Of a DNA stretch of 64,000 bases, positions 39,236 through 52,221 are shown one piece after another; positions within the stretch are counted from its first letter, which is position 1, and the number at the start of each line of letters is the position of its first letter. The position numbers and the translations under genes were made by a program. The notes under the pieces are model-generated. The model was not told the origin of the DNA, did not search any database, and was given only the letters and a program-made list of their open reading frames with translations. The DNA is from Phoronis australis (Eukaryota > Animalia > Phoronida): assembly GCA_002633005.1 (NCBI GenBank), contig NMRA01000317.1:450614-514613 (forward strand), written 5' to 3'.

Positions 39236-40869
39236 GTAAGTGCAGTGTTCACCTACAGCAATAGCATGACATAGACTAAAATGGTTGAAAGTTGAACGGC
39301 AGCATCTTACAATTTTATTGAATTTTGCTTCGCGTTAACGATGCTGAATATGCTGTCTCTTGCTCCGTGATTGTTGTCTACATCACACAATTAAATCAGC
39401 CATGCGCAGTGGCATCCTACCTTAAATTGGTATCATGGCGTTGATATTTGCAGCGCCTTCTCAACCACATGAGGGCGCACAGTAACGTGAGTCGCCAGTG
39501 TTCATAGTGATCGGTACTCGTCATGAAGGGCATGCCTCTTAGAAACCGTAAAAAAAATAAATGACTGTCCTCAGCTCCACGCGCTGTATTTTACAGAATT
39601 ATCATGTCTATTATTTAACAGCAGGATGGAAAGAGTGATCAGCGTAGACAGCACATGTCTTTTTTAATCTTCAGGTGGCGCTGCAGTGGAATTGGTCAAA
39701 AACAAAATGCCCATCGACTTTGTGTTGCACCTTTCTTTGCATTCACTTACTTAGGTTAAGAGTACAGCAAAAGGGTAGGACAAATGTGTCTTACGTCGTA
39801 GTCTGATTTGGTTCAATACAATTTCTCTACTCTACAATTTGTTTTATCTCCAAAAAGGCAATCCGCGTTTTTGTACCAACGAATCGAATCACCAAAGTAT
39901 TCTGTTGAAGGCGTTTGCACGCTTTGAACGCGGTACTTGTTCTCTAACCATTTTCCTCTAACTTCGATAACTTGAGCCACTTATTGTTTCAACACCAGGT
40001 TTTTTATATCAATTACACACTTTGAAATAACTCAGCGTAACAAAATCAATGACGCGCGTCGCAGTGTCTTTGCGCCATCATGCATTTTCACTGCCACGCA
40101 TGCGCACACAGTTGTTAAATCGTCTTAGAAGTGCGTCTCACGCTGGGATATGGACACATAAATGTGCGCTTCCTTACTCTTGCTGGCATATGTCTCTTAG
40201 ACTTTGAAAACGTCTCACATCGAACAAGCAACAAATAGGCAGGCAAACAGGTAATCCGACAGATTCCTCCTCACACAGTCCATAGATGTAGTTTGCAACG
40301 CACTCACACTCGTTCGTCCCACACCTTGTGACTATGGTATTCCAAATAATCACAAAAAAATTTACTTTTATGCTGAACTCGCAACCCAACGAAGCACCCC
40401 ACGGGTCAGATAGTACTCAACATCCGGCTATCGTATGAAAGTGTTGAAGTTGTAATACGACTGACATCCGAAAGTTCGTCTGGGCTCCTCATCTAGGTGA
40501 AGACAAAAATGGCCGGATTTCTCGCCTAAAAAACATGACAATGACTTGGAAAGTTATAGTTCACGATTCGGGAAGTAATCAACAAGTCAAGCGGATACAT
40601 GTGTAGAGTGTAACTTATTTATTTCTTTTCCAGCCATATTAGTTTTGCTAGCTGTGACACTGCGTGATTGAGGGCTGTCCTCCGAAAGGCAAGTTTTCCG
40701 AGACCACGCTAGTTTTCGCGAGACATAGTCGTCGAGTATTACAAACGAAGGATGCGATCTCACTAGATTTGACTCGCGGGTATTGTGCGTTACTGACAGT
40801 GCCCTCCTGATTATGTATTTCAATGAGTTTAAGAACAAAGGTTACTTTTCGAAGATATATTTATTTTAT

Positions 40870-40966
40870 GTATATGCATATATATATATATATATACACA
40901 CATACATACACATATACATACATACATACATACATACATACATACATACAAACATACATACATACA

Positions 40967-40997
<31 letters not shown>
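40870..40997. repeat. (TA)n/(CATA)n microsatellite
   Basis: Directly visible. Confidence 0.95.
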
Positions 40998-40998
<1 letters not shown>

Positions 40999-43900
40999 CT
41001 TTTACTAGTTAACAATGACTAGTTTTGTGATATGCGAGTTAAAATGGAGGCCATTAAATAAGGTTTGAGACAACCTTAAGATACATACAGGCTACGATTA
41101 CAATTTCTGTTTTAATGTGACCTGGTAAAACACTGCTAATGTTACATTAGAGTAATAGCATACAAACGTTACCTTTAATATATCAACGTCGAAGAATTTT
41201 TATCAGAAATAAGGTGACCGGTAGACATAAACACTATAAACACAATTGTGTCCGCCGTACGTAAGTGAATTGAAGAAGGAAATATGAAGATTACAACAAC
41301 GATTAAATACATCTGGGGCAAGCATTGTTTAATCAAAGTGTCATTCAACCACGAAAATTGAATAATATGCGATGTAACCCATAGCAATATTTAATTTCAC
41401 TGTTTACGTCATTCTGTCTGCAGTGACACCTGTTCTCCGTTTCAATATGGCCAATTTTGCAATTATTATTGTCACTAGTCGATTCGTATCTTGTGGTTCG
41501 CCAAAATGTATGTACGACTCACGGTTTATGTTTATTCGTTATTCTTCACATGAATTTCTAATTATTTCTTCATGTCTTCACTTTGTTTGCTGTATTACCA
41601 TCATGCATGCTTTCTCTGCTCACGTGGAAAATGTTTCATGTGTCATTTGGAATTGTCTTTATTGTTCCCTCAATACATGGTTCCATCGTGTTGTGGATTC
41701 GGGGTACCTTCATGTCAATATGCTACGTGTATGTACCCGCATAGGCGTTGCCGCGGCAAAAAGCAGAAGCAGTGTAAGCGACAGATTTTAACAGATGTTA
41801 CGATTTTTATTGTTTTTTGCAACATTACAAGTAAAAAGTGAACACACGTACATTAAGTTATGGTTAAAAGCGTGCTCAATAATGCGTTAGGTGGTCATGC
41901 GTTGTTTCATTCAACAACGCCTTGCCCGGTTGCCGCATCAATGGACTAGGTATATCAATTAAATTGTCAGTCAGCTCAGGTGAACTCAATATGCCGCTGA
42001 GTAATTTTCGTGATTTTCAGACAGTTCCTTATTCTCCAAACCAACACATTTTCTCGCTTGCTCTTCCTATGAAAACACCGGAGAACCTTTAGAAAACCTC
42101 GTCAGCTGGTTACTACAACTTTAATCATGTTTTCAACGGAGTTTGCTGAAGAGCTGCTACCGAACTCTACTGATTTCAAGCTGGTTATTATTCAATGAAT
42201 GCTGTTGAAATCGACAATCGTTTGCTTTTTTACTCAATAACGTTTACATGATAATAAGTAAATATGGCTATGGTTGTAGCATTACAAAAAACGTAAGCGG
42301 AGAGAAGCAACAAATAAACTTCAACATGACAGCGTAGGTAAAAGTGGCAGTGAAGATACATATATTGTTTACTACAAACGATTACGTTAGTGTCAATGTA
42401 GGACTGCATTGGAGCGCCACCTGGTTCGTATCCAAAAAAATTTACGTTCTAATACGGCCGCAGCTCTCTCGGCTACAGCCAGGGTCTTTCTTAACGTTTT
42501 TGATACGTCCTGTACCAGGTTCCTGGTATAGCTCATCGATACGTCCCACGTCAACTGAAACACTCGTGCGCGCTATGGCCAGTAAACGAACCGACTATGT
42601 TGGAATCGAAAACGTCCAACTAATGCGATGGGGGTGGCAACACTCTCAGACATTATTTGGGAGAAGTTTGAACATGCGTCCTATAGACGCAAAAACATCG
42701 CGAAAAAGCAAGATCAAGCGAGACTTCGCTTATATTGCTATGCATTACAAGTGAAGCACGTAAAGACACTAGGTTCCTATTGGAGATTCTTGCAACTACA
42801 GAATTCAACCCAGGTCTGAGTCAGTCTGAGTGGAAAAATTAGGATCTGTCGTAATGTGAAGTCACATGCCCATAGAGGGCATTTCTGTTGGGTGATCGCT
42901 AAGTGTTGGCATGGTGTTATAGCTAGGCTTAGCCATCGTGTGTATGTCGGTTAACAAACTCAGGATGATGCCTGGTTGAAGGTGCTAGCTAAACGAATCT
43001 TTCTGCTGACTCCATTAGCAGCCTCAGCGAGAAGTCACTGATTGTGCAAATTGACATTGGTATTTCTTGTGTTTCGGCGTGCCTCCAAAGCTATAGTAGA
43101 ATCATGGACTTGAGACAACCTTATGGGATTTCAAGGTCGATCAAATCTGTCAGTAGCAGCAAAGGACCGGACAACACAGGAGTAGACGTTTAGCGTGGCA
43201 TCAGGGTTGTCGGAACTACTGGCAGAGTTAAAGACATCAAATGGAAAATCTGGGACGAGTGCGCCTTACAGAGCGCACGAACGCATCCCTGAACTCCAGG
43301 AATGGCGTACCACAAATGCATCTACTGTGGCGTGGTTTGCTGTTACGATATCATTTTATGTAGGTTTCGTCGATGTCTGAGAGATGTGTCGCAATCAGCT
43401 TGATACGCCATTCCAGCAGAACACCGAGATGCTGAGCGACGGAAGCTTGCATCATACTGAAGTCCTCACTGTATCGAAGTTATATATAAATAAAACAGTA
43501 TGCTCTATGAGAAGACAACAGGTTTGCACTTACGAAGCGCCGGGTACACTACTCTAGAACTTGAGGAAAATTATATCCAGGTGAGCAATCTTCGTCCGCA
43601 ACGTACTCACCGCCACCATGAGCTTCCCGGCTTTTGGTCATAGTCATAATGGATTCAAATGCAAAGGTTGGTGGGAGGTGACTTCCCAGCACACGCCTGT
43701 AAGGTGCTGTACGTGTGTGGGTGTGATAATGAGAGCGACCAGGTGTGTTCAAATCCGGTTATTGAGTTTAATTGTCACTTAGTTACGTGAAAAATATAGT
43801 GCTCAAGGTGGTCAAATTTCATCAAATCAATAAGTAAATACGTAAACAATTTTATCTTTTGCGGTACAGGAAAAAACGCACTGCCACAGTACGCACATAT

Positions 43901-44415
43901 ACAGGAAAAATAAAACTTGTACCTATCGCTCACTGAATTTCGTAAAAAGAATTTCTTAGAAGAATTTCTTTCGCAGAAACGGTCATTCCCAAGTTAGCGG
44001 TTTACATTTTTGGTATACATACTTTAGTGACTCTCACCTTTCTCAGCAAGGCTAGTTAATGTCTTTTCAATTCGTTAGCAACCTAGGATTCTAATGTCGG
44101 AAATAGCAATCTTCAGTCCGTCGCCAATCAATAAGTTCACGAAGGTGTTAAAATGGTAACAAACATGTGAGCCAAGGAGTCGTCACTTTTCGGACTATCG
44201 GTCCTTCAAACTATCGGCCCTTCGTACTCAACGACCAGTCGAACTATTGCCGGCTGAGGGAATTTCATTTCGGACACTCGAACGTTCAGAGTATCGAACA
44301 GACCTCCAACTAGTTGGCGTAGCTAAAGCGAATGATTTACGAACTGCTATCAAAAACAAGTTGTATTTGGCAGGAAAAGTAATCTTTACAGGATGCGTGG
44401 TCACGTAATAGATAA

Positions 44416-44573
44416 CATGGGCGGATCCAGGATTTTGAGTTGGGGGGGGGGCAGGGCAGAGTATTAGCCAGGATTTTGCCCGTCAGACATTCGAACCCCG
44501 AACTTCTAAATGTAATCTGGGAGAATTTTAGGGGGGGCATTGCCCCCTTGGCCTCCCTCTAAATCCGCCACTG
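44416..44573 (+). mobile_element. ~150-bp CAG...CTG MITE family, full copy
   Basis: catgggcggatcc ... aaatccgccactg; flanks gataa/gacaa. Confidence 0.85.
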
Positions 44574-45186
44574 GACAAGGAGGAGACGTGAGGTTGTTGA
44601 CCCAGCTCGCATGCTCTTCACATCGGTACCTAATTGATAGTTGTCTCGGACTTAATCGAAAGCAAGTGATATCTCGGGTTTGAGTGTAGCAGGAGTTGCA
44701 ACCAGATAAGAAATGTGAAGTTCTCGACGGTGGGGTAACTTCCTCGTCTTTCGTCGGTCGGAACTTCGTCTTGATGGGTGATACTACCATTGATGGTTGT
44801 CTTCGACAAACAACTGAAAACGCGTGAAGTGGCCTAGGTTTTCCGGTCTCTGATTTGCTTCAAACTTTAAGCAATGGGCATAGGTGGAGTGAAAACCCGA
44901 ATGCCAAAATTGTCTGCCATACATATTCAAGGGACGTGAAATTCCCTGCGATGATGTTCCGCGAGCTAATAAGTCGGCATGACAAATAATGTGGTCCTTT
45001 TTCTACTGAATACTGGGCACTAAAAGTTGACAACGTGTTTGTCGATTGGCACTGTGTATTGGGTATTTTGGCCAAAAACCTCAAACGAGGTGATATTCCC
45101 GTTTTAGGCCAGAATGCATTGTTTCCGAGCCCGTGTCGCTATTATCAGACAGACTGAAAACGTACAATGGAACTTTGGTCGCCAAT

Positions 45187-45438
45187 ACCCCCGTCACACC
45201 CGAGGTGCGGTGCCACTGCGGTACTTGTACGGCATAAACCGCAGTGGTAACTCAATGGGATCGCCATGTCCTCAGTGACACCGCCGTGGTTCCGCCCTGG
45301 TTCCTCAGTAGCACCGCAAAGAAAAACACGTGTGACGGGTAGGGGGGAAACTATGGAATACTACTGGCGGTGTCACTACGGTGATAGCGGCTTTGACCAA
45401 AAACCGTTGTGGCACCGCGCCTCTGGTGTGACGGGGGC
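45187..45438. mobile_element. Harbinger-like MITE
   Basis: cccccgtcacacccgaggtgcggtgccac / gtggcaccgcgcctctggtgtgacggggg ~30-bp TIRs. Confidence 0.75.
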
Positions 45439-45970
45439 TTAAGTGTCCTTTTTGTTTAGCCTGGAGACGCACATGAGCACATAACGATGGAATCACACCA
45501 GTTAGTAACTAAAACACTAAGAAACAAGGACAAGAACTTAAACATGGACATCAAATCACATTGATTGGCGTACAACTTGTAGCCGAGAGAGGTCGTGCAA
45601 CGCCGAGTTACCGTCATTAACTTGATCTCAAATTATTGTTCATTTATATCATAAATGATTTAAGAGCTTAGGTAGAACTCAAAAAACACGGTTCATTATT
45701 ACTTGAGTCCACGCGGGTAATTTTGTGTGCATTTTATGCAACCAATAATGACGCTGACTCCCCTCTCTGACGAAACCAAACTCACTTCTAGTCTATGCAA
45801 GGGACAAGTTGAGTTTGGTACCAGTATCAATTGTGTTTGGCTGAAGACGGGCTTATACCTCAGTTCATCGCGTCCCAATGTTTCTCGCACCAACTCACGC
45901 ACTGCATGGCTACAAGTTGCAATACCTTTAGTAATTAGTGGTTTGCGTAACGTTAGTTTTCTTATTTCAG

Positions 45971-46113
45971 GTATGTTCACAACAATTTTTCGACGGGACT
46001 GCAAGAAACTCTTCAGCTGGCTTTCGCGAAAATTCATTCCAGAGAATTTGAGATGTTGTGTAAATGGCGTCCACCATGTTGTACCCGCGACGTCATCCGG
46101 GCCACGAATTTGA
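45971..46113 (+). CDS. GPCR terminal exon A (helix 8 plus short C-tail)
   Basis: Strong acceptor ttttcttatttcag|GT; phase 1 completes the Gly after NPIVY; (G)MFTTIFRRDCKKLFSWLSRKFIPENLRCCVNGVHHVVPATSSGPRI-stop; amphipathic helix-8 pattern. Confidence 0.72.
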
Positions 46114-46135
46114 CTTGGTGTGTTTTATGTTCCAG

Positions 46136-46407
46136 GAATGTACACTTTGAAATTTAAAGGAGAGCTTCTGCAGTGCTGTCGTTTGTTCAAAGCAAAACAT
46201 GCCAATGTTGATCTCAACGACGCTCAGCAACTGCGACGGGTGGTGTCTTTCAATAAGTCGAGCGATTGTGTTAGCAAGTCAAATCGTCCATCCTATAAGC
46301 GGCAAAGCAGACGATCAGAAAGTTGCGGGAAGTCGGACTCCTCTTCTCCAATGTTGTCTGATAAGGGAATGGAAAGGTCAACTGCTACTTTAACGACTCT
46401 AGGTTAA
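46136..46407 (+). CDS. GPCR terminal exon B (helix 8, CC palmitoylation site, long Ser/Thr-rich C-tail)
   Basis: Acceptor gtgttttatgttccag|GA; phase 1; (G)MYTLKFKGELLQCCRLFKAKHAN...SRRSESCGKSDSSSPMLSDKGMERSTATLTTLG-stop; FxxEL..CC helix-8 pattern. Confidence 0.8.
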
Positions 46408-47819
46408 AAAGCACAGTGGAAAAGAAAGGCAAATGCTATTTAGCGACATTATCATGTAAATATACCTGATTGCTGGTACCCTGCCCTCTAAGCCACCGCA
46501 AGTTCAAGTGTGTAATCTGGCATGGCGTGGCAGAAAGTTTCCACGCGTTGTCCGTTATAAAAATAAATGAACAACTTTATAGGCTGGATGAAGAAGAAAA
46601 GGAACGTATGAAGCAACATTCACATATGCCGTGCTGGCCATGGGTTAGATTTAAACACGACCCATTGTTTCGATTCTTTGCTTAAGGTGGCACTCAACTT
46701 TTTTGCTGGTTTTGTGTGTGGTACCCAGGTCAACACATCTGTACCTCTTTGTTCCACAAGGTGTACAGTACTTAACCTTGAAAATGCGAACAGTATTCTG
46801 GGCCAAAACTATTGCCTTAAGTCCAGTTTAACTGATTCCAGAGAGAATTTGTACACCTTTTGCGACTACCTCAAGTACAGTTGGTACTTAAGAAAAAGGG
46901 AAAAATACACCAAATCAACAGTTGTTAACCCAAAGCCACCATTCACATAGAGAGATTGTGCATTCAGACTGAAAAACCCTCCAGAAAGCTGGGTGCCGTC
47001 CAGAAAGATTTTTTACAAATCCGAAGCGTAAGCGTATCCTGAATTTCCTGCTCAATGTCAACTTCCGGCTTGCATGAACTACACGATTGTACGAAATTGT
47101 TAAAACAAAACCACGGTTGGGCATAAAATGGGCCAAAGAACCAGCAACTAGCATTCTTTTGATCAGAACAAAACTCAAATATCAAGCAAACGCCATTTGT
47201 AGCATTCACACGTAGTACAAAACTCAAAATGCCCAGCCAACCTAGCAATCGCCAGTGAAAGTGGGTCCGTGACTTAAAACAACGACAGCAACTACTAGTG
47301 AGTGCACCCATGAAGTGAAATTCCGCGACACAGCCCGTAGCTAACCTTGAGTGACATTCATGTCGCAACTCTCACGCCTGCTGTTTGAATAATTAGTTCC
47401 GAGTTAACATGTCTGTGACGGCACTTTGTCGAGCTACAGCAAGTGGCATTTTTGATTAACTAAATTGTGTCAAATATATTTTACCTTCATTCAAACTTGC
47501 GAATGTTTGGGCCTCCAAACGCGATTTGCTTTAATACATGCTGTAAGTGCATTGAAAATGTCAGCTGCTGTGCTCGAATTCAAACCCCATAACATTTTTG
47601 AGCCTGGATTGAATCTTGAAAACGACGCTATTTGGTCAATTTTTTTACCATACTAAGGTAGAATCTGATTTGTATGCGTTTTTCAACATATCAAATTGTC
47701 CTTTATTTTTCTCATTTTCAATAATTTTCGGCTCAATGATGCTAATTATAATTACATGCTCATTCTTTTTGAGACAACTTTTGTTGAATACGACGTCCCA
47801 TTTGTTTTAATGGGCTTAA
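46226..47819 (+). repeat. Source copy of the ~1.6-kb direct repeat (GPCR tail B plus probable 3' UTR)
   Basis: Begins agcaactgcgacggg and ends tgggcttaa; matches 62373-63929. Confidence 0.92.
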
Positions 47820-48241
47820 TAGAAATGTGTCAAGGAAAATTTGCTGCCGAGATACGCTGATTCTTTTTGTATAACGTTTATGAGATATGAAAATAGAATG
47901 CAAAATCGTGGTGTAACCAGAATAAAGTGTGAAACTGGAGTGACATGTGAGCAGTGGGCATGGGAATGACAAGTTTTATCTCCTCGGTTGTCATCTGTAT
48001 TAAGTTATTCCAGTAAATGTTGTAAAAATGTGCTCTTTATGTTAAGCTCATTTAAATAAATGTGTTGACCTCATCGTTGATTGACCAGTTAAAAACCAGG
48101 GGCCGGGATATAATCGTTTTTACAGGAAATGGATCTCAAAATTTTTTTTTAGCATTTCCCGTTCTAATGTCGTACTAATTGTCTATTATTCTGTGCTCAA
48201 GTGTAACATGTTTTACGTGGATTACTGAATAATTCTATTTT

Positions 48242-48358
48242 GCACTTGATGACCCCATGCCATGGGGAACTCCAGTCTGAACTCGGAATTTCGAGTATTT
48301 ACTCGAAATCTCGAATTTTTACTCGAGTTTGTAGCTCGAGTCCAGGGTCATCAAGTGC
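48242..48358. mobile_element. Small MITE with ctcga-rich interior; partial relatives near 50578 and 59773
   Basis: Perfect 14-bp TIR gcacttgatgaccc / gggtcatcaagtgc. Confidence 0.78.
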
Positions 48359-48591
48359 GACTTTGGATTACACACTGGATTGCATAATCCATAACTGCCA
48401 GCAAAGACTTTAAATGATTATCTTAAATTCGTATTGTAAATGCCAAACATATTTTAGAATTCGTTTTCTAGTAAAAGGATAAGATACCAAGCAGCACAGA
48501 TGTTTGAGAATATACACCAAACGCATACGATAATTGAATCTGGGTTCGAGACTAGATGAAGTATGAGACATGTCTTTATGGCATTCCGCTG

Positions 48592-48675
48592 CACCATCAC
48601 CAACACCTCACCACCACCACCACCAACTCCATCACCACCACCACCAACTCCACCACCACCACCACCACCACCACC
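48592..48675. repeat. (CCA)n trinucleotide repeat
   Basis: Directly visible; explains the poly-Pro ORF. Confidence 0.93.
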
Positions 48676-49429
48676 GATATTCGTTTCATATTATTTAAGT
48701 GAAACCTCAAAAACTAAGAAAATGCATGGTAGGAACACGTTAAAATCCAAAAACATACTATGTAACTGTAAATAAAAAACACTCGGTCGAGAATCTTTAA
48801 ACACTTCTTTGTCCCAGCACACTTTCACAAGGGGACAAAGCCAAAATAAATGTGCGAGCGATTCAGCTTCTTCTTTACAAAAATAGGCCTACACAAGTCA
48901 GGTCGATGCTTAACTTGACAGCAAGTCGCATTTGGCGACTTGGGGGAAATTCCCAGGTAGCCAAACAAAATCTAAGGACGCCAAAAGTGATTTCAAAATC
49001 GTCAACAAAAAGGTCGTGTCGTGTTCTGTTGTAAGAAACTTACTCATACCTTTCAATTTCTCACCGTAAAAATATGCAACATTCAATAACTAACTCATTT
49101 CTTCAGCCAACGAAGATAGAGCACTGACGATCGCGTACACTGGAGTCCCGTATTTCACCGATGTTGCACGATTTTTGTCGGACAATTCCGATTTCCGTTT
49201 GTTTTCTTTCTGTTGAAATTTAAGCGCGTTTGATGTGTGCTGACTTCAAGAAGTGACAAATGTACTGATTTCCGAAAATATACAGAAAATCTAGGAAAAC
49301 TGTTTTAATTTAAAGTTTGGAAGTCACCACAAACTGAGTAAAGCGCACGATTGTGTCAAATATAAAATTTTCATTTTTTCGCCTACTAAAATGCATGTGT
49401 TCTGATGTCTCATTTACTTAACTCCAACT

Positions 49430-49462
49430 CTAACCCTAATCCTAACCCTAACCCTAACCTAA
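49430..49462. repeat. Short telomere-like (TAACCC)n tract
   Basis: ctaaccctaatcctaaccctaaccctaacctaa. Confidence 0.75.
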
Positions 49463-51724
49463 ATCTCAGGTTATACAATCCTGCGGCCAAGTCACCAAGG
49501 CTCATTTCTTGGTTTGTACATCTATCATATACATTTGGAACGGTGATAACCTGAAAAAGTATGGGTATGTGGAATGCATGCATTAATTTAGTTTGTTCTT
49601 GTAGTTGCAGTAAAAGGTTGTCTTGTTCAACGCCTTGTAATCTTGCGTGTGCCAAAACAAAAACATGAACATGTGAGGGATGCATCGATTTTGGGTATTC
49701 TTGTTGATGCCGCAACCGCAGACCACAATGGCATTTCACAGACATGAAGCAATATATTTATACATTTCTGAACACCAACCATGTTTGAATACTTAAATGC
49801 TATTCCCCAAACAATCGCAATGTCCGAATGTTAAATTATTAGTTCTCTTAACCAAAAAAGTTATATTACATGACACTCTTTCCACTTTGGTACAATCCTG
49901 CAACTGATGCCTACACATGAAATGCTGTGTGTAGTTTTAATCATTTTAAGGGGGCCACATTTCTATATAGGTGGCGCTGTGACTGAGGGTAACTGTCTTC
50001 CTGTATAACAGTTTATTACAAATTTGACCTCTTTTTATTATCAGTAATTGCACATATAAACAAATACATATGAAGGAATGCATGACGCTTCGAACAAACT
50101 ACGTGCGCAAGCACATGCATCAGCACGCACGAACACGCAAAGAGACCAGACATCAAATTTAATAATGATTGATATTAAAAGGAGTCAAAACCAATCGTTT
50201 TTGTTGAATTTTTCATATTCACAATTACCGAGATAAAGGCATGTTTCCATCTGAAACTAATAAAATCTCTTGTCTAAAAAGTTCAATTAAAGGAGTAATA
50301 TTTTCCGAAAAATATGAAATGTTTCCAAACAAATGAGTAAAGTAATCATACCCGATTCGTGAAATTTAGTAAAGAAAACATTTTTAACTATAAATTAATA
50401 AAATATATTTTTTTTGAAAAATAACTAATGATTGATAACAGACCAAGTTCCGTAATCAAATCTTTGTACTCCAAACGGCAATTTTTCTGCTACTTTTGTG
50501 CGAACTCAAGATAAGTAGTTATTAGACTGTGCTTGAATACATTACAGTTTACGCATACGAGTTTCTAGTCCAAGTTTGCTCTTGATGCCCTCATATTTGT
50601 GCTACAAACTCAAGTAAAAACTCGAAATCTCGAGTTTAAACTCCAACTTTAGCCTACAATAATAGGCTCTTACCGATATTTTGAGCTCGCACAAGAGCAG
50701 AGTTCCATTTCCAGTGTAAAGATTAAAACCCGGGACCAGAACGCTTTCGCAAAGATGGGTTATATTTTCTGGCTCTTTTTTTACACAGTATGCAAAGATT
50801 TAACTGTTGGATACCTCTTCGAAAAGAAACTCGTTTGTGGCGACAATTCGATGAAGAAAACGTACATTTATTTTGAACCGAACCAATCTCGAATCATAAA
50901 TAAAATTATGGGAGGAAGCATATCCTTCCCTCCACCATTTGGACGATTCAGAAGCGTTGACTTGTGATTCCCACTTCAGCTCTTGTTTTGCTTTTTGTAA
51001 AGTACACGGAAATGGGAATATGTACGTTTGTTCGCAATATCTAATAGTAGTTTTTGAAAGTTTCGAAGGCTCATAGAAAAATTCATATTTTTCATTGGAA
51101 TCTTTGTTAAAATGAAAAATTATGATTACTAAGTCCATAAAACATAGTAATGGGTTGGGAAGCTGACTGACTGATATTGAAAATCTTCATTCTTCCCAAC
51201 GCCCCAAATTTCGCAAAGTAACCGAACAGTTTCAGACGAAACTAAATTTGTAATTTTCGTACATCGGTAAAACGCATCAGCAATATGTAAAACCTTATGT
51301 CAACGCAGCGAGTAAAAAATTCATTCGTGCACCCAGGGGGCGGGGGGGAGCTCGGGGGCCCCCATTTGGCGAAGTGGACAAAAAGGTCCGCCTTAGAGAA
51401 ACAAAATGTCCGAGAAAACGAGACAAAATGTCCACTAAAAAGGCGCAAACGCACAATTCACAGCTCTGGACGTGGTACCCCGTTTTTTTAGCCCTGCGGC
51501 TTTTTTGTCGGTAAAAGGTCCGCATCTTTGGAAATTCGAGCCCCCCATAGTAAAGGCTGGGTGCGCGAATGAAATGTGTAACAGCAGTGCAATGAGTAAT
51601 AAATGTGTAACAGCATTTCAATGCCATTGATTGAAATAAGTCTATTGGTAGAGGATGGCTTTAAAGATTTGATAAAGGATCCAATAATAATCGTTTTACA
51701 ATCTCTACTTGATTTTTTTGTTAC

Positions 51725-51730
51725 TTTATT
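51725..51730 (-). promoter_or_regulatory. Candidate polyadenylation signal of the dioxygenase gene
   Basis: AATAAA on the - strand about 320 nt after the stop codon; the hexamer is common in AT-rich DNA. Confidence 0.4.
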
Positions 51731-52047
51731 TATCTGTATTCTACCATTTACCTAAATATTGAGGTTAGTCACGATCACTAGCAAACATTCAGAGCCGTCC
51801 TAAGTCTACGCATTAGTTCTCATCTTAGACCAATTTCATTAAGGGAAATTTAGGAAATCAACAATTCTTCTTCTTCTTCTTCTCGCCTTTTTGCCTGTAA
51901 TTCGTGGTTATAGCACTTCATATTTTAAAATTGCAGAAGTTGTCTCGGCAATGTCACAAAAGTTCTTGAATATAACAGGGAAAGAAGATATAGTGAGTCG
52001 TTCTGCCAGTATTCACATCACTGGCTCTAAAATGGCACTTGTCCACT

Positions 52048-52221
52048 TCAATAATGGAATGTAGCACTCAATAAGCTGTCGATGTATTCTTTGGTAGAAA
52101 CAGGAGGGTACTTGTTATCGGTGCACGTGATTACCGTGTCTTCAGAATTTCCAAATATGACCAATGACTGGCGACTTCGGGAGCGTTCCTCTTCTGTTTC
52201 CGGGATTACCACCCGATGGAT
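52048..52221 (-). CDS. 2OG-Fe(II) dioxygenase exon 8 (third iron ligand His, RxS 2OG-binding motif, stop)
   Basis: tttggcttag|ATC...TGA; IHRVVIPETEEERSRSRQSLVIFGNSEDTVITCTDNKYPPVSTKEYIDSLLSATFHY-stop; the eight exons sum to 942 nt (313 aa plus stop) with all phases compatible. Confidence 0.94.
   Translation of the reverse strand: MHRVVIPETEEERSRSRQSLVIFGNSEDTVITCTDNKYPPVSTKEYIDSLLSATFHY

Noticed and set aside
39675-40130. Other phase-1 acceptors after TM7 (GGAAVELVKN... near 39675; GFFISITHFE... near 39999) as further terminal exons
   Set aside because: No helix-8 similarity to the family; such AG-G sites are expected by chance; cannot be supported without RNA data
41423-43780. Possible decayed hAT transposase (TRWN-like and other faint motifs)
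   Set aside because: Motifs too degenerate and inconsistent in strand to call by eye
46470-47810. ORFs repeated at 62.5-63.9 kb as a conserved gene
   Set aside because: Similarity comes from recent DNA duplication; frames are broken differently in the two copies and no domain is recognisable
48563-48775. Proline-rich ORF
   Set aside because: Translation of a (CCA)n repeat with no splice or homology support
49410-49745. ORF ending in GLGLGLEL and a possible telomere
   Set aside because: Produced by a short interstitial TAACCC tract; too short and internal to be a chromosome end
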